A DNA stretch of 64,000 nucleotides from contig CM059432.1 of the NCBI GenBank assembly GCA_030390025.1, positions 124,064,001 to 124,128,000 on the forward strand. Direction: 5' to 3'. Shown here in pieces: positions 12,762-25,447 of this stretch. Numbering within the stretch: the stretch's first letter is position 1; the number at the start of each line of letters is the position of its first letter. Below the pieces are notes generated by a model that was not told the DNA's origin, made no database searches, and saw nothing but the letters and a program-made list of their open reading frames with translations. This DNA comes from Squalus acanthias (taxonomy: Eukaryota). Both the position numbers and the translations under genes were made by a program.

Positions 12762-12769
12762 TGACGTCA
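12762..12769. promoter_or_regulatory. CRE/ATF palindrome TGACGTCA in a CpG-enriched unique region; possible promoter
   Basis: Perfect TGACGTCA outside recognisable repeats; donor-like GTAAGT at ~12824 (+) and CCG|GTAAGC at ~12425 (-). Confidence 0.3.
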
Positions 12770-13006
12770 GGTCCGTGTTTCAAGGTGTAAAAGGCTTTGT
12801 GCATTGAAGGTTGGCCGAAGTTCGTAAGTTGTGAGTGTCCGCGGTTTCAGAGTGCCTCTTGTATCTGTTACAATGTAAGTTATTTGGGATGGTCAGTGTC
12901 CATTTCTTGTAGGCCTCTGTATTTTGGGAGTGTCTGTTTATACAGGTTTCACTGTAGTGTCAATCAGAAAACCTAGGTTTGAAAGTCCTTACAACATTAG
13001 CACTAT

Positions 13007-13202
13007 GGGGCTAAATTTCCACGGGGGGGGGTGGGGGGTGGTGCGGGTTCTGATCATCTGTCTCATCATTTGGAGGAAAGGCTGTGGAAAAGCCGGAAAA
13101 ATATCAAAAACTCATGTTTTTCCTGGGATTCTACGGCTCCCCCACCGGCCCCCTCCACAGTTTCATTGTACAATTGGAAAAAAACCTGGAGAAATTCACC
13201 AC
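13007..13202. mobile_element. Small Harbinger-type MITE
   Basis: TAT|GGGGCTAAATTTCC ... GAAATTCACCAC|TAT; 3-bp TSD TAT. Confidence 0.6.
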
Positions 13203-14368
13203 TATAAGTCATAGTTTGTTGCCATCATATTCAAGTTATTAGAGCATATTTTCTGGCTGGCGAGGTTGGTCCCATCTGATTTCCTTAATATTTGAGTAGA
13301 ATTTCGAAGAGCTGAAGTTAAATATTAAAATGAATAGGAACTGAATATTAATGCAAGTTAGCAGGGCAAACATTCTGTGTTATGCATACTTTGACAATCT
13401 TTCTAGTAAATGGTACTGTAGGATAATAAGAACATAAGAATTAGGAGCAGGAGTAGGCCATACTCCATAGTAGCCTGCTCCGTCATTCAATAAGATCATG
13501 GCTGATCTTCGACCTCAACTCTACTTTCCCGCCTGATCCCCATGTTCCTTGATTCCACATAGAGTCCAAAAATCTATCTCAGCCTTGAATATACTCAAGC
13601 ACTCAGCATCCACAGCCCTTTGGGGTAGAGAATTCCAAAGATTCACAACCCTCTGAGGGTCTTAAATGGACAACTCCTTATTCTGAGACTATGCCCCCTA
13701 GTTCTAGACTCTCCAAACTGGGGAAACAGCCTCTCAGTATCTATCCTGTCAATCCACCTCAGAATCTTACATGTTTCAATGAGATCACCTCTCATTCTTC
13801 TAAACTCCAGAGAGTATAGGCCCAATCTACTCAATCTCTCCTCATAGGACAACCCTCTCATCCCAGGGATCAATCTAGTGAACCTTTGTTGCACCGTCTC
13901 TAAGGCAAGTATATCCTTCCTTAAATAATGAGACCAAAACTGTGCACAGTACTCCAGGTGTGGTCTCACCAAAGCCCTGTACAATTGTAGTAAGACTTCC
14001 TTACTCTTGTACTCCAACCCCCTTGCAATAAAGGCCAACATGCCATTTGCCTTTCTAATTGCTTGCTGTACTTGCATGCTAACTCTCTGGGCTCGATTTT
14101 GCCAGTGTGGGCGGGCTGCGCCATGTCAGGTGCGAATCGTGTCAGGACCCCGACTCCGAAGTGAAGTGTTGAAAAATTGCGATGTTCCCCTAATTAGGCA
14201 ATTGATTTCCAATGTGTGGGAACCCTTGGCCCAATGAGTCTTTTCATACAGAACGTCGCCTCCGATGACATCATCAATGCTGCTGGATTTAAGACCTGCA
14301 AGCAGCCTTGCTTCTTCTGGAGACTGGAAACGCTTTGAAAATTGTATGAAGGACTTCGTTTACCGACC

Positions 14369-16312
14369 ATGTCCACCAGCAAGCAAAAGTGTGCACCTCG
14401 CTTTGATGAGCCCTCCCTCCAAGCTCTGGTGCAGGGAGCAAGATCTAATAAGGAGGTGCTCTTCCCTTCCTCAGGGAGAAAAAAGCCACCCCAGCAGACT
14501 AAAGCTGTGTGGCTGCCAGTGGCCCAGGAGGTCAACTCCATATCAATGAGCCGCAGAACCTGGCTGCAATGCAGGAAGAGGTTTCATGACCTTCTCCGCA
14601 CAGGAAAAGTGAGTATGACTTTCCCATCACCCTCAATCTGATCCCCATCGCCTCTCCTCACCAGCACTCTGCTTTGCCAACCTCTTCCTCCACATCCCAC
14701 TTGACGCATACATCCCTGCACCCTTACCCATTGCCTCTCTCTCTGTGGTCACATTCACTTAACTATTCGACCATGTAGCCCTCACACTCCCTATCACTGT
14801 GATGCAACAATAACAACAACTTACAACACACAGGGAGGGCCCTTTGTCTCCTTCTAAGCATCTATGCTATGCATTCTCTACACTCACTCCTTCATTCTCA
14901 CTCAAACTCCACTTGTGTCCCTCATTGCAGGAAAAGAGAGCCCACAATAAAAGGGAAAGAGCTATGACAGGAGGAGGGCCACCCTCAGTAGCCCAGCTCA
15001 CTGCCTGGGAGGAGGCGGCCCTGGAAATCGTTGGGATCGAGGAGGATTCCCAAGTGGGGGATGGACAGACGGGCGCATCACAGCAAGCTGGTGACAGAAT
15101 AGTTTGGCATCTCTCTCATTGACATTGCATGAGTCACTGATAATGAATCTGATGCTCTAACAGATTGACTTATGATCATCTGCACTATTCAATGTTCATG
15201 TAACCTTGACCTCACATCTCCAACTCTTTCCTTTACTCCCCCACAGGACCATCGAAAGCCCCCGTTCCCACTGTCCAGGAGGAAGAGCCTGAGCTTCCAG
15301 ACTCCTCAGAGGAAGCTACAACCTCTGAGGACGCAGATTCAGCAGAATTCAGCGCACCCAGCACCAGTGCAGACACTCACACCTTGGTGGGACCTTCGCG
15401 AGATAGAGAAGTGTTGGCACCTGGTGTATCACAGCTCACAAGTGAGCATCAGCAGATGGTGTAGACAGGGACAGCAGTGGAGAGTCCTCGTCGGAGGGCG
15501 CAGGACTCTGCCAGCTCAGCTCAGCTGCATATCGACCCTGTGCCTCCGGGTCCATCCAGAAGGAGAGCGGACTGGAACTCCAGGAACAGGTGCAGGAGTC
15601 TCTGTCAGGTTTTGTCTCCAGGGTCGCTGCGAGTGTGGAGCGAATGGAGGAGTCCATCGCGAACATCAGCAGAGCCTTTGTGGAGGCATTGGCGCATGAA
15701 CGCATCACCACAGAAAGGAAGGCAACCTCCGTGGAAAGGATGGCTACGGTAGAGGAGAGGCTGGCTATGGCCATGGAGGAGCTAAGTCGCCAGAGTCTTG
15801 AAAACATGGTCATTGTTCAGAATAGACTGGCATCTCTTGAGGAGCGATGGTCAGCTATTGAGCATAGAAACCAGACCTTCATGGAAGTCCTCTGGAGTAG
15901 GACTTCCAGTGCAGAAATGGGTCCTCATGGCCCCCCTGAAGTGCAGCAAGGTGCTGTCAAGCCACTTGCTAGCTCTGAAGTGGGGCTGACCCATGAGAGG
16001 GATGTTGGTGGCAGACAACAAGGAAGTGGAGGCTCCTCTCCAAGCGCTCAAATGACCATGCCAATGCAAAGCCCTCGGTCAGAGCCCCACCAGAGTCCCC
16101 ACCCAACTGAGATCGGCGTCTCAGCTCCTGCACAGCTGCAGGAGCAGCAGACTGTTGCCGAGCCCTCACAGGTTCGCAACCCTAGAGGACGCCCGCCAAA
16201 GGTGTCGAGACAGGAGCAGCAAGAAAGTGAGCAAAGGGCCTCCACATCTGCTGAAGCCACGGGGGAAGCACCACATAGGAGCACACGTAAGAGGAAGATA
16301 AAGCACAAGTAG
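14369..16312 (+). pseudogene. Harbinger Myb/SANT-like (MSANTD/NAIF1-type) DNA-binding gene, 3 exons (14369-14608, 14931-15090, 15247-16312), with one in-frame TAG and one frameshift in exon 3
   Basis: APRF..SLQALV...VLFP...W..VAQEVN...RRTWLQCRKRFHDL | EKRAHNKRERAMTGGGPP; GT-AG introns in compatible phases (0, 1); coiled-coil region and basic tail RSTRKRKIKHK. Confidence 0.85.
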
Positions 16313-16570
16313 TCACAAGGGTAGCCACTTGGGTGTTATGTTGTGTTCAGTTTTGAAATGCCATCAGTTGCTTGTTGCGATAAAAATTTCTGATGGCAAA
16401 CTGTTGAAATTGTGGCCTGTGTCATTTCGCAAATGGGACTTCCACATTGAGGGCTTAGAGTGACTTGCAATTGTCACTATGGTGGTCAGAGTGATAGGAA
16501 TCTGTAGGTTCTTGTCCATTGTCGATGGTCTGATAAGAAGGTGCAAGGCAAAAGTGTTTGATTGTGCAGG

Positions 16571-16796
16571 CTAAGCAAATCTGGCCAACATGAGTGCGTC
16601 CCTTGCATCCCGGGCAGCAATGTGGTCGCGCTCTGCCGCCTTCTGGCCTGTGTAGCTTCAGGTGGGTGACTAGCAGCTTGCCGCTCCTGTTGTTGCTCCT
16701 GCTGTTGGTGCTGCTGGTGTTCAGGGTTCTGCTGCTGCCGCGGCTGGTCTTCATCCGATCTGATGTCCAGGAGGAAAGGAAATAAATGGTTCCCAT
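16571..16796 (-). pseudogene. Harbinger (HARBI1-like) transposase remnant: Q/H-rich N-terminus joined to the last ~18 codons
   Basis: MGTIYF...PEHQQHQQQEQQQ...RRQSA then, out of frame, HIAARDARDALMLARFA*; no DDE core. Confidence 0.65.
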
Positions 16797-17994
16797 GCTT
16801 CTGCTATATGCCTCAGTTGAGGAAGCGCTCAGTCAAGGTGGGGAGAGGGGATTCCCAGGAGGTCACACTGGAGATGGATCTCAGGCTCCAAACATCCACA
16901 ACAATGAGTAGGCCTGCTAAAAGTTCCCCAGACCTGAGACAACAAAGTTCTGCCACCTGCAAATGATGATTGCTGAAAACTCCTTTTTAATGGTGGAGCT
17001 GCAGCTGTTACTAAGCAATCCACTTGTGAGGCCGCCAGGATTACCTGGCGTGTTCCAGATGGGGGTAATGTCTAAAAATCAGAAAGGCCTCTCAAAATGG
17101 GATTATAGAGGCAATTAAGTGGTTTTTAAGGGCCTTAAATGCCTATCCCGCCTCTTGGAAAATTGCTCGGAGATGGGATGGAGGCGGGATCGGGCCCGCG
17201 CACCATTTTTTGCGACTTTAACATCTCACACACCTCCAATCCCGCCTCCTCAGCCCTGGTAAAATCGAGCCCTCTGTGTTTCCTGCATGAGGACACCTGC
17301 ATCTCTCTGAACACTAAAATTAAAAAAAATATTCTGTTTTTCTATTCTTCCTATCAAAGTGAATAATCTTATGTTGACAGCTTCCTTAAGATGTGTCATC
17401 TTCTGCCACATTTGTTCTCAAATTCTGCAGGTAAGGTACTTAACATTGACCCTGGCCACCACCTTCTGCCAGGAATTGCTGTCCTGTGGAGACAGTACCC
17501 CAATAACAACCCTGCTTGCGCTCCCCTCAAGCATCAGCACCTCTACTTGACTAATCATCAAACTGGGGGTTTGGATGCTGCCCACAGATTTCTTGCCTCC
17601 ACAATTGCTTTGCCATCCACTGTGTTTTTTGTCAGCCACTTCTTTTACCACACACAGCCTTTGGAAAAGCTACGTGTGGCTGCAGTCTTCGCAAAGGCTG
17701 AAAAAGAACCATAGGCAACCACTTAACTTTAAGTGGTTTCAACTCTTTAAGATTGGCACTCAGCCCTTTGAGAACTGACGATGTACATGGTTTCTCGTCC
17801 CCCTTTGGTGAGCAGACTCACTCCAGACTCACTTTGCATAGTTAATGAGGGTTAATCCCAATTGGCCCTTCCTGTTGCTTCAGCATCAAAACTGGAAAAT
17901 CGGCCTCAGATCTTTACAGCTGATTGTTTTGTGTCTTGCAAGAATTTGATATATGTAGTATTGAGACCTTACTAATGCATTATGACACATTACA

Positions 17995-18552
17995 AAGTAT
18001 TGCAAAGTATTTACAGCACAGAAACAGGCCATTCGGCCCAACAGGTTCATGCTGGTGTTTATGCTCCACACCAGCCTCCTCCCACCCTTCTTCATCTAAG
18101 CCCATCAACATATCCTTCTATTTCTTTTTCCCTCATGTGCTTAACTAGCTTCCTCTTAAATGCATCTATGCGACTCGCCTCCTTGTGGTAGCGAGTTCCA
18201 CATTCTAACTATCCTCTGGGTAAAGAAGTTTCTCCTGAATTCCCTATTGGATTTATTCGTGACTATCTTATATTTATGGCCCCTAGTTCTGGTCTCGCCT
18301 GCAAGTGGAGACATCTTCTCTACCTCTACCCTATCAAACTGTTCCATCATTTTAAAGACCTCTATCAGGTCACCCCTCAGACTTCTCTTTTCTAGAGAAA
18401 AGAGCCCCAGCCTGTTCAATCTTTCCTGATAGGTATCACCTCTCAGCTCTAGTATCATTCTAGTAAATCTTTTTTGCACCTTCTCCAGTGCCTCTATATC
18501 CTTTTTATAATATGGAGACCAGAACGGCTCACAATACTCCAAGTGTGGTCTA
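17995..18552 (-). mobile_element. CR1 3' fragment (second subfamily, same tail as 27836 copy)
   Basis: ORF 18156-18542 EYCEPFWSPYYKKDIEALEKVQKRFTRMI...FFTQRIVRMWNSLP. Confidence 0.9.
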
Positions 18553-18711
18553 AAATTAATGATTTAAAGTGATTTCAGTGCTATGTCATTTGCAAATCTG
18601 CATTTTCAAATGGACATTGGGAAGTAAATTACATTTTCAACATGGCTGCAGAATAAATAAACTGAATATTTCAAGTAGCAACATCCAGGTCACCTTGTAC
18701 ACTTACCTATT

Positions 18712-19562
18712 CTCTTCTTAGGCAGTCCCTTGGAACCGAGGATGACTTGCTTCCACACTAAAAATGAGTTCTCAGGTGACTGATGAGTCCAATGCGGGAC
18801 CAACAGTCTCTGTCACAGGTGGGGCAGACGGTGGTTGAAGGGGTGGGTGGGTGGGGTGCTTGGGTTGACGTGCGCTCCTTCCGCTGTTTGCGCTCGGCTT
18901 CCGCTTGCTCCCGGCGAAGAGACTCGAGGTGTTCGGCGCCTTCCCAGATGCTTCTCCTCCATTTTCTGCGGTCTTGGGCCAGGGATTCCCAGTTGTCAGT
19001 GGGGATGTTGCACTTTTTCAAGGAGGCTTTGAGGGTGTCCTTGAAGCATTTCCTCTGCCCACCTGGGGCTCTCTTGCCGTGTCAGAGCTCCGAGTAGAGC
19101 GCTTGTTTTGGGAGTCTCGTATCGGGCATGCGGACGATGTGGCCCGTCCATCGGAGCTGATCGAGCGTGGTCAAAGCTTCGGTGCTGGGGATGTTGGCCT
19201 GAACGAGAACGCTGACGTTGGTGCGCCTATCCTTCCAATGGATTTGCAGGATCTTGCGGAGGCAGCGTTGGTGGTACCTCTCCAGTGCTTTGAGGTGCCT
19301 GCTGTACATGGTCCATGTCTCTGAAGCATACAGGAGGGCGGGTATCACTACTGCTCTGTAGACCATGAGCTTGGTGCTGGGTTTGAGGTCCTGGTCTTCA
19401 AACACTCTCTTCCTCAGGCGACCGAAGGCTGCACTGGCACACTGAAGGCGGTGTTGGACTTCGTCATCGACATCTGCCCTTGTTGACAGTAGGCTCCCGA
19501 GGTATGGAAAGTGGTCCACGTTGTCCAAGGCCTCGACATGGACAACGTGGACCACTTTCCAT
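18712..19562 (-). mobile_element. RTE LINE 3' portion with 11-bp TSD and fold-back 5' end
   Basis: FPYLGS...YRAVVIPALLYASETW...QLRWTGHIVRM and C-terminal CPTC..C.SRIGLISH finger; TSD ACTTACCTATT at 18701-18711 and 19563-19573. Confidence 0.93.
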
Positions 19563-20438
19563 ACTTACCTATTAGTAACATCATAACCCCCACAAGATAA
19601 AAACGGCGACATATGTGGAAGAAACATTCCAGAAAATGTGATACCTACACCTTGGAGGGTAAAGCGACAACAGCCTAGATTTGGCAACTGGTCTTGGTAA
19701 ATCTGCAAAAGTCTCACCCTCCTGTAAATGCATCAAGTTTGTGCACGGACACATTTCTTGGGACCGGTGTTTTAATATTACTTTGGGAACACACTATTTC
19801 CAGGCCTTTTAGTGTGAAGGACACCACACATGTTTAAAATAGGTGTCCAGAGTTGCTAGGCAGTGGTAGGTATTTTGGAAGTCACGGCAATGACACCAAT
19901 ATAAAGGTATTTTAACCATTTATTAACCAATTTCCTTCAATATATTGTTTTTTTCCCCTGCTGATATTTAGATAAGCCTTTGCTCTAAATGTCAATTATT
20001 TTTCCCACCAACACCATTACTGGCACAAATGGGATTCCCAATGGGAAGCCCCTTAATTGACATGTTATGAAGAGAAGGAGCTATTGAGGGATGCGAGGCA
20101 GGTTTGGCTGCATGAGAGAGACTCTGTGCCCACACACCTTCATCTGTAGATGATTAGTGTGGGTGGAGATTCCTCTTTCCAAAGGAAGCTGGGACAACCG
20201 ATCCCCCACTGGCATCACTCAGGTATGTAAATGCCTGATTAACCACAAGTCTGGACTCTTCCTTGGGAGCACCCCAATGACAGTATGCCATGCTTTCAGA
20301 GACAGTACATGAAAGGAGGTGGAAAAGGAGGAGGAGGAGGAACAGCTGAGTACCTGAGAGGCCAGAGTCTTAAGGCAGCACTGCGGTTGATCCAAGCCTT
20401 AGTGCCAGCCACCACGATGTATAGTCTCAGAAGATATT

Positions 20439-21620
20439 TGCCTAGAAATTCAATTAGGCCCGAAAAAGTGGGCCAAGGTTAACAGCCGCCCGCAAAAAGA
20501 GCGCAGGCAGCACCGGTATTTTGGTGCTGCCTGCTGATTTAAATAAGCGGAACGCAGAATCTCTTGTGCAACACACTCTTTCCAGCGGTAACCTCAGCAG
20601 GAGGGCGAAGGTCATGTCTGAAAGATTGGTGCGGCGCTCTTGGGCAATGTGCTGTTTGGGATAATTTGGTGGCGGCTCCTGGGTTTTGCTGGGTCAGGAG
20701 GTATCGAGTCCGCTGATGGCTCTTGTAGATTTGGAGCATTGTGCACTGTGGCACATTAGGAGGCATTTGTTTGTCCACGGCTCCCCTCTTACTTTCTCAG
20801 ATATTTGTCTGGGTCTTGTGTGAGGTCCACAAATGGGTTCCAGACTGCCTGGTACTTCCACCTTCGCTGGCTGCCATAGGTCCACAGATGTTTCACCCAG
20901 ATGGTTGCTGTGTCTTAAAGCACAGGCTTAGATCTGAAGGGACTGTGGCTGAAAACACCACATAAAGACTGTGGCATAGATGTCCTTAAACCATTGCATG
21001 AGAAATCAATTGAAATAATTGTAAAAAAGGGGAAACCTGAACCTCTTGGTCAGGAGTTTACTGGTGTAAATCGTGCAGAAGAGAGTTCAATTAAATTTTT
21101 AACAACAGCAGACTTTTGAAGAACACTTGGTGAGAATATAGTGCTAAGCATTTTAAAAACAGACTCCCAAACTTTGCATAGTATTTTATCAGTTCCTAAA
21201 CTAGAAAACCCAATGTGTAAAATTTAAGGAAATGCAGCTTTGATGTTTTTTTCTTGAGATTCTTACAACTGTAGTACAGTATAATTTATTTTAAAAGTAT
21301 TTACCTCCTGTAATGTTTGACTGACCAGGGGGAGATGTGATGCATCTCATTGGAAGCAGTTTTCACTCCAATTACATAGTCTGAGCTCTCCATAGTTACC
21401 AGTTATCTCAGCAGTTGTTTACTGTACGGGTTACAGCTCACCGCCACTTTTTCTCCCAGCTCTACGCGCTGTCAAAGGCTGCACACACGGGCGTGCTCTG
21501 GAGAGGGCGGTAAGAGGAGCGGTGAGCTCCAAAATTGCTGAGCAAGGCTGCAAGGCGACCACCATTTTTTCTACAAAACCGGCCTTAACAGCCGGCGTTA
21601 AAGCATCAAATTTCTAGGCC
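20439..21620. mobile_element. Harbinger-type non-autonomous element
   Basis: ATT|TGCCTAGAAATT ... AATTTCTAGGCC|ATT; GC-rich subterminal arms. Confidence 0.7.
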
Positions 21621-21656
21621 ATTATTTCAATATATTCCTGAAGCTATGTATAAGAT

Positions 21657-22115
21657 GCTCGTGGCTCAGTTCAGGAACCAAGGCTGCACTTACTATGGCT
21701 CACAAAGACACTACAGTGCTTCCAGAGACTTCAGCACAAAAATCTAGGCTGACACTCCAGTCCAGTACTGAGGGAGTGCTGCACTGTCAGAGGTGTCGTC
21801 TTTCAGATGAGACGTTAAACCGGGGCTGTGTCTGCTCTCTCAGGTGGACATAAAAGATTCCACGGCATTATATCGAAGAAGAACAGGGGAGTTATCTCCG
21901 ATGTCCTGGCCAATATTTATCCCTCAATCAAAATCACTAAAACAAATTATCTGGTCATTATCACATTGCTATTAGTGGGAGCTTGCTGTGTGCAAATTGG
22001 CTGCTGCGTTTCCCACTTTACAACAGTGACTACAATTCAAAAGTACTTTGTTCGCTGTAAAGCGCTTTGGGACTTCCTGCGGTCATGAAAGGCGCTATAT
22101 AAATGCAAGTCTTTC
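21657..22115 (+). mobile_element. Deu-domain SINE
   Basis: CAGTACTGAGGGAGTGCTGCACTGTC core; tail AAAGGCGCTATATAAATGCAAGT. Confidence 0.85.
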
Positions 22116-22753
22116 TTCTTCTTTCTTCCATTTCCTGTCCACTAGATCATTCCAAGATGCAATAGATGACTCATACCAGATTAGTCAATGTGTTGTTCAT
22201 TTTTGCTTAAGGCAAGAAGTTAATCCTCTGTTTGCCAGGGTAGCCCAGTTTATTACATTTGATGCAGAATAAAAGCAAACCAGTGAGCAGGCCCTTCACT
22301 TTTATCAGATTGTTGAGTTTCCACTGAGTGCTTAGATCAAGAGATTGCATGCGTAAGATCATGCAAGTCCCTACTATGAACCCGTACTATTATGTGAACC
22401 CACAGTGATTTAACACCCTCAATGTCCAATTATTGTGCAACTACAGGTGCAAGTTTCTGCCCATTGCAGGTAGCTGCCATGATTCAATCCTTCAGCAGTC
22501 AACTGTTCCTCCACTCTTTCAGAATTAAGGGCATGGGTTAGCTCCTTGGAAATAAGGAATATCCAATACTACCGTGACTTCCAACACCAATGATAAAGGC
22601 CATCCGGATACACCAATATCGTTGAGTCAGCTGTACTGATGGAATACTTTTCTTTAGATGCTAGCAATTTTTAATTCGTAGCTTTTCTTGAAATAATTTT
22701 GAGGAACAAGAGAACAAATTTTTAAAGCTTTTCTGAAGTGAAATATATATTAA

Positions 22754-23504
22754 GGGCTGGATTTTGAATGACCCATGGATTCGGGTTTGGAGGCGTGTGG
22801 GGGGTTAAATTTGCAGGGTCGGGGTTTCCGACCTCATCCTGACTCCATCCCGCCTCCACGCAATTTTGACAAAATCAGTCGCAGGGTTCCCGACTCCGTC
22901 CCGCCTCTTGGAGGCGGGAGAGGCCATTAAAGCACTTAACAAGCCCTAAATTGGGTCTGTAATGCTATTTTGAAACGTTTTAGCTAGTTTAACCCTTTTC
23001 TGACATGAAGCACGCCTGGTGTGAAACACTCCAGTGAAACCTGGCGGAAGCACAAATGGATAGCTGACTATCGGCTGCAAGTCCACTATTACAACGGAGA
23101 TGTGATGAAGGTAGTAGTAGTATTAGGTCTGAAAGTCGCCTCTGATCCTGCTGTATTGAATGTTGTGGCATTTGGTGCAAGAGGACTTGGATGCAAAATC
23201 TCTCTCTCTCTCTCTCTCTCTCTCACTCGCTCTCATATTTGCATCCAGGTCCACTCACAAAGGTCCTCTCTCACCAGCAGCCAGACAATCTCTGAGAGCA
23301 GGCAGTCAGCAATGATGACATCATCAGAGGCGGGTTTCAGACTGAAACCACTAATTAGGCCATGGGTTCCCACATGCTGCAACTCAATTGCCCAATTAAG
23401 TGAAAATTGCGTCAGGCATCCACATTAATCTGGAGTCGGGGGGGGGGAGAACACGAAATGTGGATTACACGACCCCAACCCGACCCCAAGACAAAATCCA
23501 GCCC
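22754..23504 (-). mobile_element. Harbinger MITE, non-coding derivative of the 14089/39339 family
   Basis: TAA|GGGCTGGATTTT ... AAAATCCAGCCC|TAA (perfect 12-bp TIR); 23310-23400 matches reverse complement of 14190-14280. Confidence 0.88.
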
Positions 23505-24204
23505 TAAGTGTTTTTAAAAACCAAGGCATTCGTGTTTCTGTATGGCGCATGTACATGTGAATGCATGAGAAAGAAAGAAACAAATAATTGCTTTGTGTTC
23601 CATAAAATTTAGAAAGTGCATTAAGCTGAGGGAGAAAGAATGAGGCACTGTGGTAAGAGATGGGGAAAGACTGAGGTCAGAAAAGAGAGAGGTGATCTTT
23701 CTTCATTTAACATTTCAATTTTCAAAACAAAATACCAGTTGAAAGTTGAAATCAACTAATTACCTCACCTATGTTTATTGAACATTACAAAAGGTTAATG
23801 CCAATCAATTACACATTCTATGTTTTAATACCTATGAGACAGAGGGAGAGAAAGTGAGTGAGAAATGACAGTGTTTTGATTACACACTTACTGTAGTTCT
23901 TGTTTTGTGTTCTATAAACTTCAGAAAGTGTACTAAGCTGAGGTGGGTAAAAGATAAAGATTGGATTAAAGAGAAGAGTGAGAGGAAGAAAGAGTAGCAC
24001 AGGGCTGGGGTGTAAATTGAGTAGGGTAAGAGTGAGAGAGAGGCTGAAGTCAGAGAGGGATGAGAGAGAATGAATGAGGAGAGAAGAGAGTCAGGGAGAA
24101 TGAAAGGGGGTGAGAGAGAGAGAGATAAATAGGGAAAGGGTGAGAGAGACCATGTTAGTGTTAGTTCAATTTATGAAAAAATTGAATTTTGATGCTAACT
24201 AATT

Positions 24205-24970
24205 GGTCCTTAATTTGCTGTCAGCGTTGAAGCGATGGCAGTCGCCGCTGACCTCAAAGAAAGCTGCCCGTAGCGTTCTCGCAATCTTTGTGGTGAAAAC
24301 TTTAGCTTTGACGTCAAATTGATTGCAGCGCTGCCAAAAGGATATCCCTGGCGAGATGCAGCATTAATGTCATCAAGCTGTCTAAGCAGCCAATCACATT
24401 GAAGAATTCTCACAGACAGCAAACCAAGAAATAAAAAGCATTGGTTATCTGCACTTTTTAAAAATGTTAGAGAGCAAAATAAAGATTGGGACATACACAT
24501 AAGGTTATATCATGACCAAACTTAAAAAAAATATTATTCTTTTTTAAAAATCTAGTAATTTTTATCATAATGGAGAAATTTGACATTCCACAATAATAAA
24601 ATTAGCTTTTCATGGCCAGAATAGTTGTTTAGCAGTCAATATGCTGTTAAAACCCCAGTTACACCTATTCCCACAAGGCTTAACATTTAATGGGTTACTT
24701 AACAGCGATATTAGCGTGGAAAAGCTTAAGTTTTCATCAGTTCCACTGATTTCACTGATTGCCGGCTATGGCGGGGGGGGGGGACGGAGTTGGGAGGAAG
24801 GGGTGGTCCACAGTGCAGTCAGTGTGAGGAAATGAATGACTGACTGCAACTTCAGGATTTCCACTTTTAGCTGCGCATGCGCTAAATCCTGAAGTTATGG
24901 TCTGTTTCAGAGGGGTAATGATGGAAGAACACTGACAGTTTGCCATCATTGCCACTGCAAAATCTGGGCC
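24205..24970. mobile_element. Harbinger-type MITE (inverted homolog of 58742-59494)
   Basis: ATT|GGTCCTTAATTTGC ... GCAAAATCTGGGCC|ATC; internal homology with 58742-59494. Confidence 0.7.
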
Positions 24971-25290
24971 ATCATCTCACCTTTGTATGATTGACAGCTA
25001 ATTGCTTACCTCTGTGAGAGACAGGATCTGTGTGTGAGAGAGAAGCAGAACATGAAAGAGTAATAGCAAAATGGAGATATCAGAGGCAGGTATCAGAGAC
25101 CATATTCTCTGACTTACCGTGTGTAATGCCAGGAGACATTGACTAGTCATAGCATAGTTTCTGACAACAGGAATCATATACCAGCCGGGAACTTCATAAC
25201 CATCACTTTGACTCGCCTCTCCTTGTGACTTTTTTGATTTTTCCTTATTCTTATTCTAACACTTCTTCTAAGGGCCACCTGAGTGCCTGG

Positions 25291-25447
25291 GGTTAGAGAT
25301 GTGGAACGATAAGGGAGTCAAGGGTTATAGGGAGTGGGCAGGGAAATGGAGTTCAGGCCAAGATCAGATTAGCCATGATCTTACTGAATGGCAGAGCAGG
25401 CTCAAGGGCCAAATGACCTACTCCTGCTTCAACGTCTCATGTTCTTA
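25291..25447 (+). mobile_element. Short CR1 3' end
   Basis: AAGGGAGTCAAGGGTTATAGGGAG...GGCAGAGCAGGCTCAAGGGCCAAATGACCTACTCCTGCT. Confidence 0.8.

Larger units (their letters stand above)
14089..17272 (+). mobile_element. Non-autonomous PIF/Harbinger transposon carrying a Myb/SANT-like gene and a core-deleted transposase
   Basis: TIRs GGGCTCGATTTTGCCAG / CTGGTAAAATCGAGCCC (16/17); TSD TCT at 14086-14088 and 17273-17275; two convergent genes. Confidence 0.92.
13426..17370 (-). mobile_element. CR1 3' fragment split by the Harbinger at 14089-17272
   Basis: ORF 13643-14077 is CR1 C-terminus; CR1 sequence resumes at 17273 (TCTGTGTTTCCTGCATGAGGACACC). Confidence 0.9.

Noticed and set aside
14369..16312. 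Domesticated host gene (NAIF1/MSANTD)
   Set aside because: Lies between TIRs and TSD inside a CR1 and has a stop plus a frameshift.
17381..17430. Plus-strand exon with CAG|GTAAGG donor
   Set aside because: Acceptor abuts CR1-derived sequence and no supported gene model includes it.
23950..24150. GA-rich tract
   Set aside because: Degenerate microsatellite with no further structure.
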